The position numbers were made by a program, and so were the translations under genes. DNA of 63,935 nucleotides, the filler included, from Octopus bimaculoides (Eukaryota): NCBI RefSeq assembly GCF_001194135.2. It is 6 parts of 5 records of this genome, joined end to end, with 100 filler letters (N's around TTAATTAATTAA, not from the genome) between each part and the next. Parts side by side here need not be neighbours in the genome. Positions count along the whole stretch, not along the records: positions 51,489 to 57,867 come from NC_068988.1; positions 57,968 to 62,675 come from NC_068983.1; positions 62,776 to 63,935 come from NC_068988.1; 3 more parts are not named here. One strand, 5' to 3'. Shown here piece after piece: positions 51,761-63,935 of this stretch. Position 1 is the stretch's first letter. Each line of letters begins with the position of its first letter. The notes below the pieces were generated by a model. The model made no database searches, was not told the DNA's origin, and saw only the letters and a list, made by a program, of their open reading frames with translations.

Positions 51761-52219
51761 TGTGAGTCTGTGTGTTTATATATATAAACACATACATACA
51801 TGCATGCATACATATATACATACATATGTGCGTGTGTGCTTCTGTGTATGTAAATTTGTAGAATTATATTTACATACATTTACGTGGTCATATTTGAACA
51901 CACAAAACAGATCTAACATACTTTATGTAGTAAAAATATATATATCTTAAAACCTTAATAGAAGTGAATAAGTGAACATGTAGTTCTTTATCTGCATAAG
52001 CACCAGCATTATTAATGAACTTTAGTAGATAAACTGCTATTATTATTTGATGGGGTTGGAGTACGTTTTCTTTTTTTCGCTGTTGTTCGTATTTCTCTAG
52101 TTGATATATATAAAAATACACACACACATACATGTGTATATATAAATATATATATGATTGACCGTTGACTGGACACTATTCAATTTTTTTTCTCCGTGCT
52201 TTTCTCCTTGTTTCCGTAT

Positions 52220-52256
52220 TCTTTCTGTTGAAGAGCGTAGCTCGAAACGTCAAAGA
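52220..52256 (+). ncRNA. Minimal type I hammerhead ribozyme motif
   Basis: TCTTT-CTGTTGA-A-GAGC-GTA-GCTC-GAAAC-GTC-AAAGA; 5-bp stem I, GUC triplet, one core substitution (A6 to U). Confidence 0.7.
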
Positions 52257-52996
52257 CTTACCGTATTCCCGAGCGTCATACTAATACATCCTTTGTTATT
52301 TACACCACCTGTCCTCGTCTGTTGTTGTTTTTTCGTATATTCTCCCATATATATATATATATANNNNNNNNNNNNNNNNNNNNNNNNNNNNNNNNNNNNN
52401 NNNNNNNNNNNNNNNNNNNNNNNNNNNNNNNNNNNNNNNNNNNNNNNNNNNNNNNNNNNNNNNNNNNNNNNATAATATAACCTGTATGGTATTTTGTATT
52501 CTTCCTTTCCACTTGGAGTGTTTAAATGTAGTTACAATATGTCCCTCTGTTGAAATGAAATTTCAATAAATTTCTATATCTTTGTGCAGCTGAGGATTGC
52601 TCTGCATTTTACATTTAATGTAATGGTCACATTGCTTAAATAAATGGAGTCGCATGAAACGATCGCAGTGCATTAACTTGGAATATCCTTGTTGCTTATT
52701 TTCATTTTAATCACCTTATTTTGAAATTGTTTGGATAATACCATATTTAATTCTGGTGCCTAAGTATCACATTCTAAGTATCACATTCACCTTGAATCTA
52801 TATGTATATATATATATATATATATAGTGTTGCTGCCTTCGATTTATGTTACTTTTCACGTTGTTTTCTTGCTCTTTCTTTTGTTTTTATTTCTTTTTCA
52901 CCGTGGCATATTATTATTTACGCTGCGTGAATTACTGTGAAAGAATATGTCCAAGAAAACAAACGAAAAAATTATCTCTTCTGCTTGTACTAATAG

Positions 52997-53044
52997 GAAG
53001 ACAGATTATCGACAATATTAAAGTTGGTTTGAAGCTTTGGGAGG
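52997..53044 (+). CDS. Possible 48-nt phase 1/1 micro-exon
   Basis: tcttctgcttgtactaatag acceptor, GG|GTAAGT donor, open (G)RQIIDNIKVGLKLWE(G); no partner exons established. Confidence 0.2.
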
Positions 53045-53200
53045 GTAAGTGGTTAATGAGTTTGTGATATCTTTGTGTGAATTATAGCTTCAGGTTTGTA
53101 GTGATGATGCCTTTACTAATGGTGGTGATATTGCGACCGCTAGTAGATTCATTCGCCAGACGGTGATTATGTTGGATCCCAAACTTCATGATTTTAATAA

Positions 53201-53437
53201 AGACGGCGAGCTGGGAGAAGCGTTAGCACGCGAGGCGAAATGTCTAGCGGTATTTCGTCTGCCGTTACGTTCTGAGTTCAAATTCCGCCGAGGTCGACTT
53301 TGCCTTTAATCCTTTCGGGGTCGATTAAATAAGTACCATTTAATCACTGGGGTTGATGTAATCGACTTAATCCACTTGCCTGTCCTTGTTTGTCCTCTCT
53401 ATGTTTAGCCCCCTGTGGGCAATAAAGAAATAAAATA
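53201..53437 (+). mobile_element. SINE family A, full length, alternative tail
   Basis: GACGGCGAGCTGG..GAGTTCAAATTCCGCCGAGGTCGACTTTGCC..; tail TTTAGCCCCCTGTGGGCAATAAAG, related to the duplicated tail at 28400-28515. Confidence 0.9.
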
Positions 53438-54405
53438 AATTGTAATGTCACTAATAATCAGATAAGCGATTTCATCAGACTAATGAGGCCTGTTGGTAGT
53501 ACCGTGAAAACCAGCATTACTTGTTATATGTTCGAATAGTCGGCGATTAAACCATCTCTCCTAGTTGAGTAGTTTGCCACTCTTTTCAGAAGGGACAACG
53601 TGTGAGACAGAAAACAAGACCTGTCGAAGTACAGATGAGTTTCTTGTGGACTAACAGCATCCACCTGGGGGAGGCAATGACATACCACCCAAATATCTCT
53701 GCCAAGAAATCACTATGAGAATGTTAGAAGGAAGTAACGCTATGGCTTCATCCAATAGGAGAACTCGCGTTGAATCGAGAAAACGTTCCTTCTATTGTTA
53801 TTAATGCGCAGCAAAAACAAGAGATTTATCATTGTTGAAGTCTTGCCACTAAACCAATAACGATGACATTATTGTCACTACCAGTGTATACCTGTTACAT
53901 ATCTAATAACAAAGATGCTACATAGTAAATCGAACTAACAGAAATAGCAGCTATCACCCTCTCAAACGAGAGGCCGCTAAAAAACGAGTCAAAGATATTC
54001 AGACTGCATAGTTACGGATGGAACTAATTTGTTGCAATTTTAGCTCTGTTCAGTCTGAATTATGAGCTTTAAAACATCAAAAGCGATAAAGTAACTAACA
54101 ATGCAACCTCAGTGAGATTTGAACTCACGAAGGTAGTTTACAAATATAATACAAATTGTTACGCTCGACTCTGTACAGATTTACCGATTCTGAGAATGCA
54201 TTGCTACAGATTTGATTAATCGGAAGATGATATCTTGTGATAAGGAAAACCTCACAAACGGCTACAATACCTTCAGCATAACATCTTGCATCTTGTTATC
54301 TCCTGTGAAATCAGATCATGTGTTTGTGTATGTCTTCGCATTTTTAGGTTTCTTCCATTTATATGTATAAACCGATATGGGTATAAGTGTCAAAGCGCAA
54401 ATCTG

Positions 54406-54455
<50 letters not shown>

Positions 54456-55197
54456 NNNNNNNNNNNNNNNNNNNNNNNNNNNNNNNNNNNNNNNNNNNNN
54501 NNNNNNNNNNNNNNNNNNNNNNNNNNNNNNNNNNNNNNNNNNNNNNNNNNNNNNNNNNNNNNNNNNNNNNNNNNNNNNNNNNNNNNNNNNNNNNNNNNNN
54601 NNNNNNNNNNNNNNNNNNNNNNNNNNNNNNNNNNNNNNNNNNNNNNNNNNNNNNNNNNNNNNNNNNNNNNNNNNNNNNNNNNNNNNNNNNNNNNNNNNNN
54701 NNNNNNNNNNNNNNNNNNNNNNNNNNNNNNNNNNNNNNNNNNNNNNNNNNNNNNNNNNNNNNNNNNNNNNNNNNNNNNNNNNNNNNNNNNNNNNNNNNNN
54801 NNNNNNNNNNNNNNNNNNNNNNNNNNNNNNNNNNNNNNNNNNNNNNNNNNNNNNNNNNNNNNNNNNNNNNNNNNNNNNNNNNNNNNNNNNNNNNNNNNNN
54901 NNNNNNNNNNNNNNNNNNNNNNNNNNNNNNNNNNNNNNNNNNNNNNNNNNNNNNNNNNNNNNNNNNNNNNNNNNNNNNNNNNNNNNNNNNNNNNNNNNNN
55001 NNNNNNNNNNNNNNNNNNNNNNNNNNNNNNNNNNNNNNNNNNNNNNNNNNNNNNNNNNNNNNNNNNNNNNNNNNNNNNNNNNNNNNNNNNNNNNNNNNNN
55101 NNNNNNNNNNNNNNNNNNNNNNNNNNNNNNNNNNNNNNNNNNNNNNNNNNNNNNNNNNNNNNNNNNNNNNNNNNNNNNNNNNNNNNNNNNNNNNNNN

Positions 55198-55228
<31 letters not shown>

Positions 55229-55656
55229 CATATGTGAGTATGTACGCATGTATGTATTTACCTATATAATGTATGTATGTATATACATACACATACATAC
55301 ATGCATTTATATATACATACATAAACATGCACATAAGAGAAAGCAGTGTAAAGATTAAGTGGTAATTGTCAGATGACACAGATCTTGATGGAAATGTATC
55401 GATAAAAGTAGAAGAAAAGAAAAAATAGAAAATGAAATCAATAGGATGAGAAAATGTCTGACAACACTGAGCTAATTAGGGATTAGTCAAACAAAAATAG
55501 GGCCTTTTGTTTGAAAGGATTTGATGTCAGCGAAGCAAAGCTAACTGTGATCCCAGCTTTGTAACGTACAATAGAGATTTTGTACATGTCGTTATAGTGA
55601 CAGTGTGCCAATATATGTATCAATTTGTTTGAGCGCCCATAACGCATGCTATATAT

Positions 55657-55693
<37 letters not shown>

Positions 55694-56266
55694 NNNNNNN
55701 NNNNNNNNNNNNNNNNNNNNNNNNNNNNNNNNNNNNNNNNNNNNNNNNNNNNNNNNNNNNNNNNNNNNNNNNNNNNNNNNNNNNNNNNNNNNNNNNNNNN
55801 NNNNNNNNNNNNNNNNNNNNNNNNNNNNNNNNNNNNNNNNNNNNNNNNNNNNNNNNNNNNNNNNNNNNNNNNNNNNNNNNNNNNNNNNNNNNNNNNNNNN
55901 NNNNNNNNNNNNNNNNNNNNNNNNNNNNNNNNNNNNNNNNNNNNNNNNNNNNNNNNNNNNNNNNNNNNNNNNNNNNNNNNNNNNNNNNNNNNNNNNNNNN
56001 NNNNNNNNNNNNNNNNNNNNNNNNNNNNNNNNNNNNNNNNNNNNNNNNNNNNNNNNNNNNNNNNNNNNNNNNNNNNNNNNNNNNNNNNNNNNNNNNNNNN
56101 NNNNNNNNNNNNNNNNNNNNNNNNNNNNNNNNNNNNNNNNNNNNNNNNNNNNNNNNNNNNNNNNNNNNNNNNNNNNNNNNNNNNNNNNNNATATATATAT
56201 GCACATATATATATATATATACATATATATATGTATATACATATGCATATACTTACACCCCTCCCT

Positions 56267-56304
<38 letters not shown>

Positions 56305-57597
56305 GTATATATATATTAATATATACATATATTCACATTACACTTATACCATTTACAGAGAGAGCAGAAAAGACATAGCACCATAAAATTTGTTGACAAA
56401 CTATGGCCTTGACAGTAAAGCTGTAAACAAAGGGCAACGCATATATAGTATTCATGTGTATATATTTGTGTATACACATTTATACTTATAAGTACACGTA
56501 CACACACGTTCACATACCTATATATATATGGGTGAGTATGTAAAGAACTATGCATAGAAATATATACGCATACATATGTACAAACATAATGACGTACAAA
56601 TTTCACATATTCACACATTTAGCATTGCTTTTTAAGCCTTACATTTCTGATTATATTTTATTATATATTTCATATTAATCTATAATACATATTACACTGT
56701 ATCCTATATTATATACTACATTGATATTTAATGTTATTTTACGTCATATACAATTATGTTATATAATGTTATATTATATCGTCAGAAATTATACATTTTT
56801 ATGTATTATAATGTTCTATATTATAATATGATATATTTTGTTAGCGTTATACAAAAGCTTTAAGACTACATAAATACAGTGAACAGCTTTTGGTATGAAA
56901 GTATACGTATGACATGTTGTAATCTTGGTGCCATCAACAGAGAAATTGGAAAATATTCCTAATTCAGATACTTGATTGTTAGTTTTCAACCTGAACTGCA
57001 TTTTCCCTAAGTTAAAAAAGATTTCCTCCTGTCATGATATCGACAGTTTTTTTCTTTCTGCCATGTCATTGTTCATTGATTTTTTTGTCAACTCGCTGTT
57101 TAATAATGTACAGCCATTATACACTTTCAACATATTCAACGAACGAAAGGGTTTCTACGCACGAGCCTCCCAAAAGCCTCCCAGGCATTCACTTCAAAAA
57201 CATCAGCCGTATCTACATTAAATCACACTCAACCGCCAAAAAGAAGAAAAATTAGGAAAGATGATTTGAATAATGGAATTGTAGTTATATTGTCTGGGAG
57301 GAAAGAATACGAATTATTTTAGGTCTAACCTAAGGATAAGAACAACAATAGCAATAACATCATTGACATGTCATCATCAAAAACTATAACAGTAAGGACA
57401 TCTTGACCCTCTAGAAAGAGCAGCGGCATCAGTCAAATTACACTTTACAGTATCTGTTGTTCATCCAAATATACAATCGAGAGGAGATGGTCATCAGTGG
57501 AACGTTTTCAATCACTATAGATTTAGCATTGGCTTATTCGATGTAGAAAATTAAGACATAAGAGATTTTAATTAATTTAGTAATCAAAAATATTGAT

Positions 57598-57812
57598 TAC
57601 AAATTTTGGCTAAAAGCAAGAAATTTCAGAGGTGGTGCTAAGTCGGGATGCTTATTTTATCGCTCAAGTGCTGGCTTATTTAATCGACCCCGAAACAATG
57701 GAAGGCGAAATCGACTCTGCGGAATTTGAACTCGGAACTTAAGGACGGATGCCATACTGCAAAGCATTCTGCCCGCTGTGCTAATGATTCTAAAAGCTCG
57801 ACAGCTCGACGC
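57598..57812 (-). mobile_element. SINE family A, diverged
   Basis: Reverse complement of core and head, many substitutions. Confidence 0.7.
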
Positions 57813-57867
57813 ATTAGTGATGTGATATATTATCTAAATGTTTGACTCACGCACGCAACATGTATAT

Positions 57868-57967
57868 NNNNNNNNNNNNNNNNNNNNNNNNNNNNNNNNN
57901 NNNNNNNNNNNTTAATTAATTAANNNNNNNNNNNNNNNNNNNNNNNNNNNNNNNNNNNNNNNNNNNN
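57868..57967. other. Artificial scaffold-join spacer
   Basis: 44N-TTAATTAATTAA-44N. Confidence 0.97.
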
Positions 57968-57997
57968 ATATATCTATATCTCTATATATATATATAT

Positions 57998-58046
<49 letters not shown>

Positions 58047-58552
58047 AACACACACACACACACGTACATGCATATACAGGCATCCCATCATGTTACAGAT
58101 TCTTCAGCTTACAGGATTTCATACTTAAGTAAAACGTAAAGTATTGTTAGTGATTTCATGATACGGTCTAAAATCGTGCCCTTACGGAAACTCGGATAAA
58201 CTTTAACAATCAAAAAAACTATATATTCCTCTAAGTCCACTTTTCGACGTTTTAGCAAAGTATTCATCAATTTGAAAAACTATATTATATTAAAAAACTA
58301 TAAATATGTGCCTCTTTGTGTGTGAGTGTGTCTGTGTATATGAACCTGTGTTTGCGTGTGTGCGTATCTGTGCCTGTGTTTGCGTGTATGTGTGTGTGTG
58401 TGTGAGTGCATCACTGTAAACGCTAACGGAGTACTACGTGGATTTTTCACCTTAAATATTTGTGTGCGTTTGTATATATTTCCATCAGCCACTTTAATAT
58501 TCACTTTCTCCTTCTCTCTCTCTCCCTCTCTCCTTCCCTCTTTCTCTCTGTG

Positions 58553-58585
<33 letters not shown>

Positions 58586-59109
58586 NNNNNNNNNNNNNNN
58601 NNNNNNNNNNNNNNNNNNNNNNNNNNNNNNNNNNNNNNNNNNNNNNNNNNNNNNNNNNNNNNNNNNNNNNNNNNNNNNNNNNNNNNNNNNNNNNNNNNNN
58701 NNNNNNNNNNNNNNNNNNNNNNNNNNNNNNNNNNNNNNNNNNNNNNNNNNNNNNNNNNNNNNNNNNNNNNNNNNNNNNNNNNNNNNNNNNNNNNNNNNNN
58801 NNNNNNNNNNNNNNNNNNNNNNNNNNNNNNNNNNNNNNNNNNNNNNNNNNNNNNNNNNNNNNNNNNNNNNNNNNNNNNNNNNNNNNNNNNNNNNNNNNNN
58901 NNNNNNNNNNNNNNNNNNNNNNNNNNNNNNNNNNNNNNNNNNNNNNNNNNNNNNNNNNNNNNNNNNNNNNNNNNNNNNNNNNNNNNNNNNNNNNNNNNNN
59001 NNNNNNNNNNNNNNNNTGTATATATATATATATATACACATATATATATACATAGATACAGTATATATACATACACACACACTTACATATACACACATAT
59101 ATGCAATTA

Positions 59110-59167
<58 letters not shown>

Positions 59168-59980
59168 GGGTTCAAAGAGTGCGGGAGAGAGAGAGGGACC
59201 AATCTTCGTCTCCACCGCTATCTATCATGAATACCAACACAGCCACTATCATCATCGAAGCCACTACAACTACAGCATCATCAACCTGGCAACTCCGCAT
59301 TGACCGAAAAGAACAGCAACAATAATATGAACAAGATAAGTAACTCCATGTAAAACACACTACAATCACAGGAGATAATGTGCTATCCTACTGATTATTG
59401 TGTCTTTGATTTTGGGTGAATGACAATTGACTTGATGCTATGCAGCAATAACAATGCAATTGTAAAGAAAAATATGACCATCGCCACAAGTGACAATATC
59501 TTTACAATCACCAACACCCAAACCAATACAGCCAATACCATCACCATCCCTGCCACCACCACTACAAACCCGCCAAGTTTTGAAAAGTAAATTGAAACAA
59601 TATAGAATATCAGTATAATGACACTGCCTATAGCTACATATGTTATATATTACAACGGAGTGTGTGCATATGTGTATGTGAGAAGGAGTAGAGTACAGGG
59701 TTTTGGAGGCTTCAGTAAGAGGTACATATACGTGTACATACATGTGTATATACATATATGTATACATATGCATACATATGTGTGTGTATCGTGATTATAG
59801 TTTTTCAAATTCTTAAATATACTTTGATCTCAGCTAAAATGCCGTGCAGCAGCCATTCGGCTGAGAAGATTTAGTTTTGAATTGATAAAATTTATTATTT
59901 CCAGAAGGGCGAAATTATGAACCCAATCCGGGACCGTAATTTCCAAATGCACAAGGAGCTGTGGTCTGAAATTGTACACA

Positions 59981-60875
59981 TACGAGGTCCGATCAATAAG
60001 TATCCGGACAATTGCCATAGTAACAAAGTTAAAGCACACAGCGTGAAGCTGCTTGACAAAGATTGACGTTGAACTCTGCTGTGCATGCGCACTAAGTTTT
60101 AACGTTCTAGCTCACTTCCGTTGTTTACAGCAGTACTTGGTAGGAAGTTGAATAGTGTGTGATCTTCGCATTGACCATGACAGAAAAAGTTGTCATGGCG
60201 ATACCAGCTCAGAAGACTACGCAAATTTGCAGAGAGTCTATGGAGGGGAGTGTATGAGCCGCACACAATTGTACGAGTGGTTCAAATGTTTCCAAGATGG
60301 CTGAAAAAATATCGATATTTACGAACGTTCTGGGAGATCTGCAACCAGCAGAACTGAGAAACACTACACTGATGTTCGTGCAGTTGTGAGGGAAAAATCG
60401 TCGAATCACAATCCATGAGTTATCAGAAGATGTGCAGATTAGTTACGGTTCAGTTCAGTGCATTACCACTGAAGATTTGGGTATGAGACGCGTGTCTGCC
60501 AAGTTTGTGCCCAAATTGCTTTCAACTGACCAAAAAGACACTCGGATTTCAGTTGCACAAGATCTCCTAGATTGTGTCGAAAACAATGAAGACTTTTTGA
60601 AAACTTTGTATAGGCCTCTTCAGCAGGTATCGCCAAGCTTTTGGCAAAATTTGATGCAGAATCTCTGCTCAAGTTTCCCTGTCAATGCGACGAACACACG
60701 CTATACACGTTACTTCTAAGCACTGTTGTAAATAGTGGAAGTAAGCTAGAACATTAAAAATTAATGCACGTGCACAGCAGTATTCAAGGTCAATCTGTGC
60801 CAAACGGCTTCACTCTGCATGCTTTAGTCTCATTACTATGGCAACAGTCAGGATACTTATTGATCAGACCACATA
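59981..60875 (+). mobile_element. Internally deleted mariner element with long (about 160 bp) TIRs, TA-flanked
   Basis: TA-CGAGGTCCGATCAATAAGTATCCGGAC... vs ...GTCAGGATACTTATTGATCAGACCACA-TA; inside: MSRTQLYEWFKCFQDG..ERSGR..RITIHEL..LGMRRVSAKFVPKLLSTDQK (HTH region; DDD domain missing). Confidence 0.92.
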
Positions 60876-60961
60876 TGTATACACTCGTACACACTTTCAC
60901 ACACACTCACACGCACACACAGATTTACACAAGGGTGTATGTATGTATGTATGTATGTACA

Positions 60962-61852
60962 TACAGGGTGTCCCAAAAGCCACTGATAGGTTTCAATTTT
61001 TGATAACTTCCTTAACTTTACAAATAGATGCAAGAAATTTTGATACAATATGAAGGACATAAGGAACATTAACATGCACAAGTCAAATTTTGCAACACCA
61101 CTGCATCACATATGAAAAATGACATCGCTTAAATGGCAGACATTTTGAAAAAAAATGGGCCCGGACTTTTTCCAAAACTTGCATCATAACACCCTCAAGA
61201 GTTTCAGACCCCACTTCTCTGATTTCTCTATTGGTATTCTCCTTCAGTTGCACCAGGGTCTCCGGTTTGTTGACATAAACCCTCTCTTTCAGGTATCCCC
61301 GCAAGAAAAAATCCGGGCTAGTCAAGTCTGGGAAACGTGAAGGCCATTCAAAGCAGACCTCACACATGGTTCCAGCAAGATGGAGCAACTGCTCATTTCA
61401 CATTAGAAACAATGCAGTTGCCACGGCAGTGCTTTGCAGAGAAAATAATTTCCGGCTACGGCAATATCAACTGGCCTTCACGTTCCCCAGACTTATCTAG
61501 CCCGGAGTTTTTTTTCTGGTGGGGATACCTGAAAAAGAGGGTTTACGTCAACAAACAGGAAACCCTGGATGCAACTGAAGGAGAACATCAATAAAGAAAT
61601 CAGAGAATCTGAAAGTCTTGAGGGTATTATGGTGTATGTTTTGGAAAGAGCACGGACGTGCGAAGCCGAAAATGGCTGTCATTTAAGCGATCTCAATTTT
61701 CATATGTGATGTAGTGGTTTGCAAAATTTGACTTGTGTATGTTAATGTTCATTATGTCCTTCATATTGTATCAAAGTTTCATGCATTTATTTGTAAAGTT
61801 AAGGAAGTTATTAAAAATTAAAACCCATCAGTGACTTTCGGGATACCCTGTA
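60962..61852 (+). mobile_element. Foldback Tc1/mariner derivative (rosa/DD41D-like), about 380-bp inverted arms
   Basis: TA-CAGGGTGTCCC...GGATACCCTG-TA; arms 60964-61346 and 61472-61850; WFQQDGATAH..WPSRSPDL..FF..WGYLK..VYVNK. Confidence 0.92.
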
Positions 61853-62337
61853 TACGTATATATATAGGCATCGCTGTTTCTTTGACTAAACCATGAAAAG
61901 GAAAGAACGTCTTCAGTTTTGATAATGTAGGAGCTTACCGTTTGACGACAGAGCATGTTGTTATTTTGCTACCGTTCAGTTTTAGTCAGCTCTCATAGAA
62001 CGTAAGCAGAAAGAGAGTTCTGGTTTCGATCCCACTGCGTAGGTCACTGAGTAAAGACATTCTTCCATGTTGTTGACGGACAAGTTGAAGAGAATTTGCT
62101 GGAAAGAAATCATAAGCCAGTTGTGTATCTGCATATGTTTGGTGGATGATGTAAACGCTTCAGCCTGACAATATCATCTTCCATTCAGACATTGCGTATC
62201 TTGGACGCCATTATTCATTGCCAGCTTCCTTATATTTTTCGAGATTGTAGGGAATGATTTGAGGAATATTTAACCTACTATTTGAAACACGTCGATCGAC
62301 AGTGTAAATAGATAGATAGATAGACAGATAGATAGAT

Positions 62338-62413
<76 letters not shown>

Positions 62414-62589
62414 GCGTTCGCATGCACAGACACACACACACATATGACATAAATAACATTAGTTCATTTACGTTGTTTTGAGCTCATTTTTTCACTTTAC
62501 CCTTCTATTCCTTTCGATCTTAGCCTTTCTATTTCTTCCGATCTCTATTTCTTTCAGTCTTTCTCCCACTACCTCTCTCTCACTCTCTT

Positions 62590-62675
<86 letters not shown>

Positions 62676-62775
62676 NNNNNNNNNNNNNNNNNNNNNNNNN
62701 NNNNNNNNNNNNNNNNNNNTTAATTAATTAANNNNNNNNNNNNNNNNNNNNNNNNNNNNNNNNNNNNNNNNNNNN
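62676..62775. other. Artificial scaffold-join spacer
   Basis: 44N-TTAATTAATTAA-44N. Confidence 0.97.
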
Positions 62776-62958
62776 CTATCTTTCTGTCAGTTTGAATGGT
62801 GAAGTTCCAGAGGAGTGCAATGTGATCATTTTCAAGCACTGGGGGTGGTTTGTGTTCCCACCAGTTTTTATCATGGGGCAAGTTCAGGTTTTTGCATATT
62901 ACCCAGTGAATATATTGTGCAGCACTATCATGCCTGTTGAGATACTCTGTAGGCGCAA
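62776..62958 (-). mobile_element. R4/Dong-type (RLE) non-LTR retrotransposon fragment
   Basis: IAPTEYLNRHDSAAQYIHWVICKNLNLPHDKNWWEHKPPPVLENDHIALLWNFTIQTDRKI, matching the RHD..HW..W-x-EH-x-P..LW-x-F-x-IQTD region upstream of the RLE PD motif; 5' junction sits on (TAA)n. Confidence 0.8.
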
Positions 62959-63117
62959 TTATTATTATTATTATTATTATTATTGTTATTATTGTTGTTG
63001 TTGTTGTTGTTGTTGTTGCTGTTGTTGTTGTTGTTGTTGTTGTTGTTATTATTATTCAGGTCACTGCCTAGAATCGAACTCGGAATCTTGGTGTTAGTAG
63101 CCATATGCCCGTGGGCA
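62958..63117 (-). mobile_element. Short tRNA-derived SINE with (TAA/CAA)n tail
   Basis: GGCTACTAACACCAAGATTCCGAGTTCGATTCTAGGCAGTGACCTG (B-box GAGTTCGATTC) followed by the simple-repeat tail. Confidence 0.6.
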
Positions 63118-63129
63118 ATTATGGAATGA

Positions 63130-63722
63130 ATTTCAGGGTTTATAAATCTAATATTTTCCTGTCCTTCCTTAATACCAGTTCCCATACGTTACTCATATCT
63201 GCACTCGGTCTGCTTAGTGGGTTGTTGTGTCCTAGCATATGTGCTGCTTCTTTTAGCTTTCATATTTTTGCAGTGGTGTTCTCTCTATTATTTTAACTTC
63301 ATCCATTGGAGCTAGTCTCCATTTTTCCATACATGATCAGCTATACCCGATTTATTAATATTTCCTTGTGTCACAGCTTTGCGATGTTCGTCTATCCTCA
63401 TCTTGAGGAGGCAGCATGTTTCGCCTTTGTATAATCTACCACAGCTGCATGGAATGGCGTATACGCAGTCTTTGGTCATATTCTCTTCTGTAGGTGGTTT
63501 TACTCGAAGGAGATATCTAGGAAGTGTTGTATTACTCTTGAATACTGTCCTGATGTCATATAGACCGTATATCTTTTGTATCTTTTCGGAGAGGCCTTTC
63601 ACATAGGGTAGACAGATTGTGGAGAGTTTATTGGTTTCATCCTCTCTGTTCTTCATAATTGGAGTGGATAGTGTGTTTTCGGGGTAGATGTTGCTTAATA
63701 GATTGTTACTGAGCTTGATCAT
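63130..63722 (-). mobile_element. Penelope/Poseidon-type PLE linker + GIY-YIG fragment
   Basis: ICLPYVKGLSEKIQKI..IRTVFKSNTTL..CVYAIPCSCGRLYKGET..LKMRIDEHRKAV..SGIADHVW, then after a frameshift WDEVKII..KEAAH. Confidence 0.92.
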
Positions 63723-63935
63723 TTGAACAAAAATGATATTAAAGATCTCGCTTGCGAGGTTTTAGTGCATTCACCATATTTTACTAAAATACCTCGTTCA
63801 GATTTTTACTTTTTACGGTGTCTGCAAGGCAATTCATTCAAAAGCCATGTGGATTTAAAATCGTGGTTTTATGAATTCTTTGAGTCAAAACCCGGTACTT
63901 GCTCCCATCGAGACATTTATAAAACATGTTAATGG
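63723..63935 (+). mobile_element. Mariner transposase C-terminal relic
   Basis: DLACEVLVHSPYFTKIPRSDFYFLRCLQGNSFKSHVDLKSWFYEFFESKP resembles the LGWEVLPHPPYSPDLAPSD..FFASKP consensus. Confidence 0.75.

Noticed and set aside
63060-63117. tRNA gene
   Set aside because: Only a B-box and anticodon-like arm; 5' half absent and followed by a simple-repeat tail, so a SINE. The same applies to the other tRNA-like heads.

Overview
AT-rich animal genomic DNA, dense in microsatellites and broken by about 25 N-gaps. The SINE families and repeat density suggest an octopod cephalopod (inference). Five 100-bp scaffold joins (44N-TTAATTAATTAA-44N) mean adjacency across them is not guaranteed. Almost all ORFs in the supplied track are artefacts of N-runs or microsatellites. 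Host coding signal: two well-supported minus-strand exons (34483-34234, 33351-33204) with canonical, phase-compatible splice sites encoding an ADAM/ADAMTS (M12B)-type prodomain. No catalytic HExxH exon is visible. Weaker candidates are exons at 31288-31223 and 29524-29409, and a CpG-rich promoter-like cluster at 30106-30240 followed by an ATG at 30105. The rest is a transposon graveyard: three tRNA-derived SINE families, Tc1/mariner relics (two of them with long TIRs), a young TA-flanked MITE, RTE-type and R4/Dong-type LINE fragments, and three distinct Penelope-like elements (PLEs). Five hammerhead-ribozyme-like motifs are readable by eye. Two of them lie in inverted arms flanking one PLE, which identifies the arms as pseudo-LTRs. 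There is also a near-perfect 309-bp palindrome. No CRISPR array, rRNA or complete tRNA was found.
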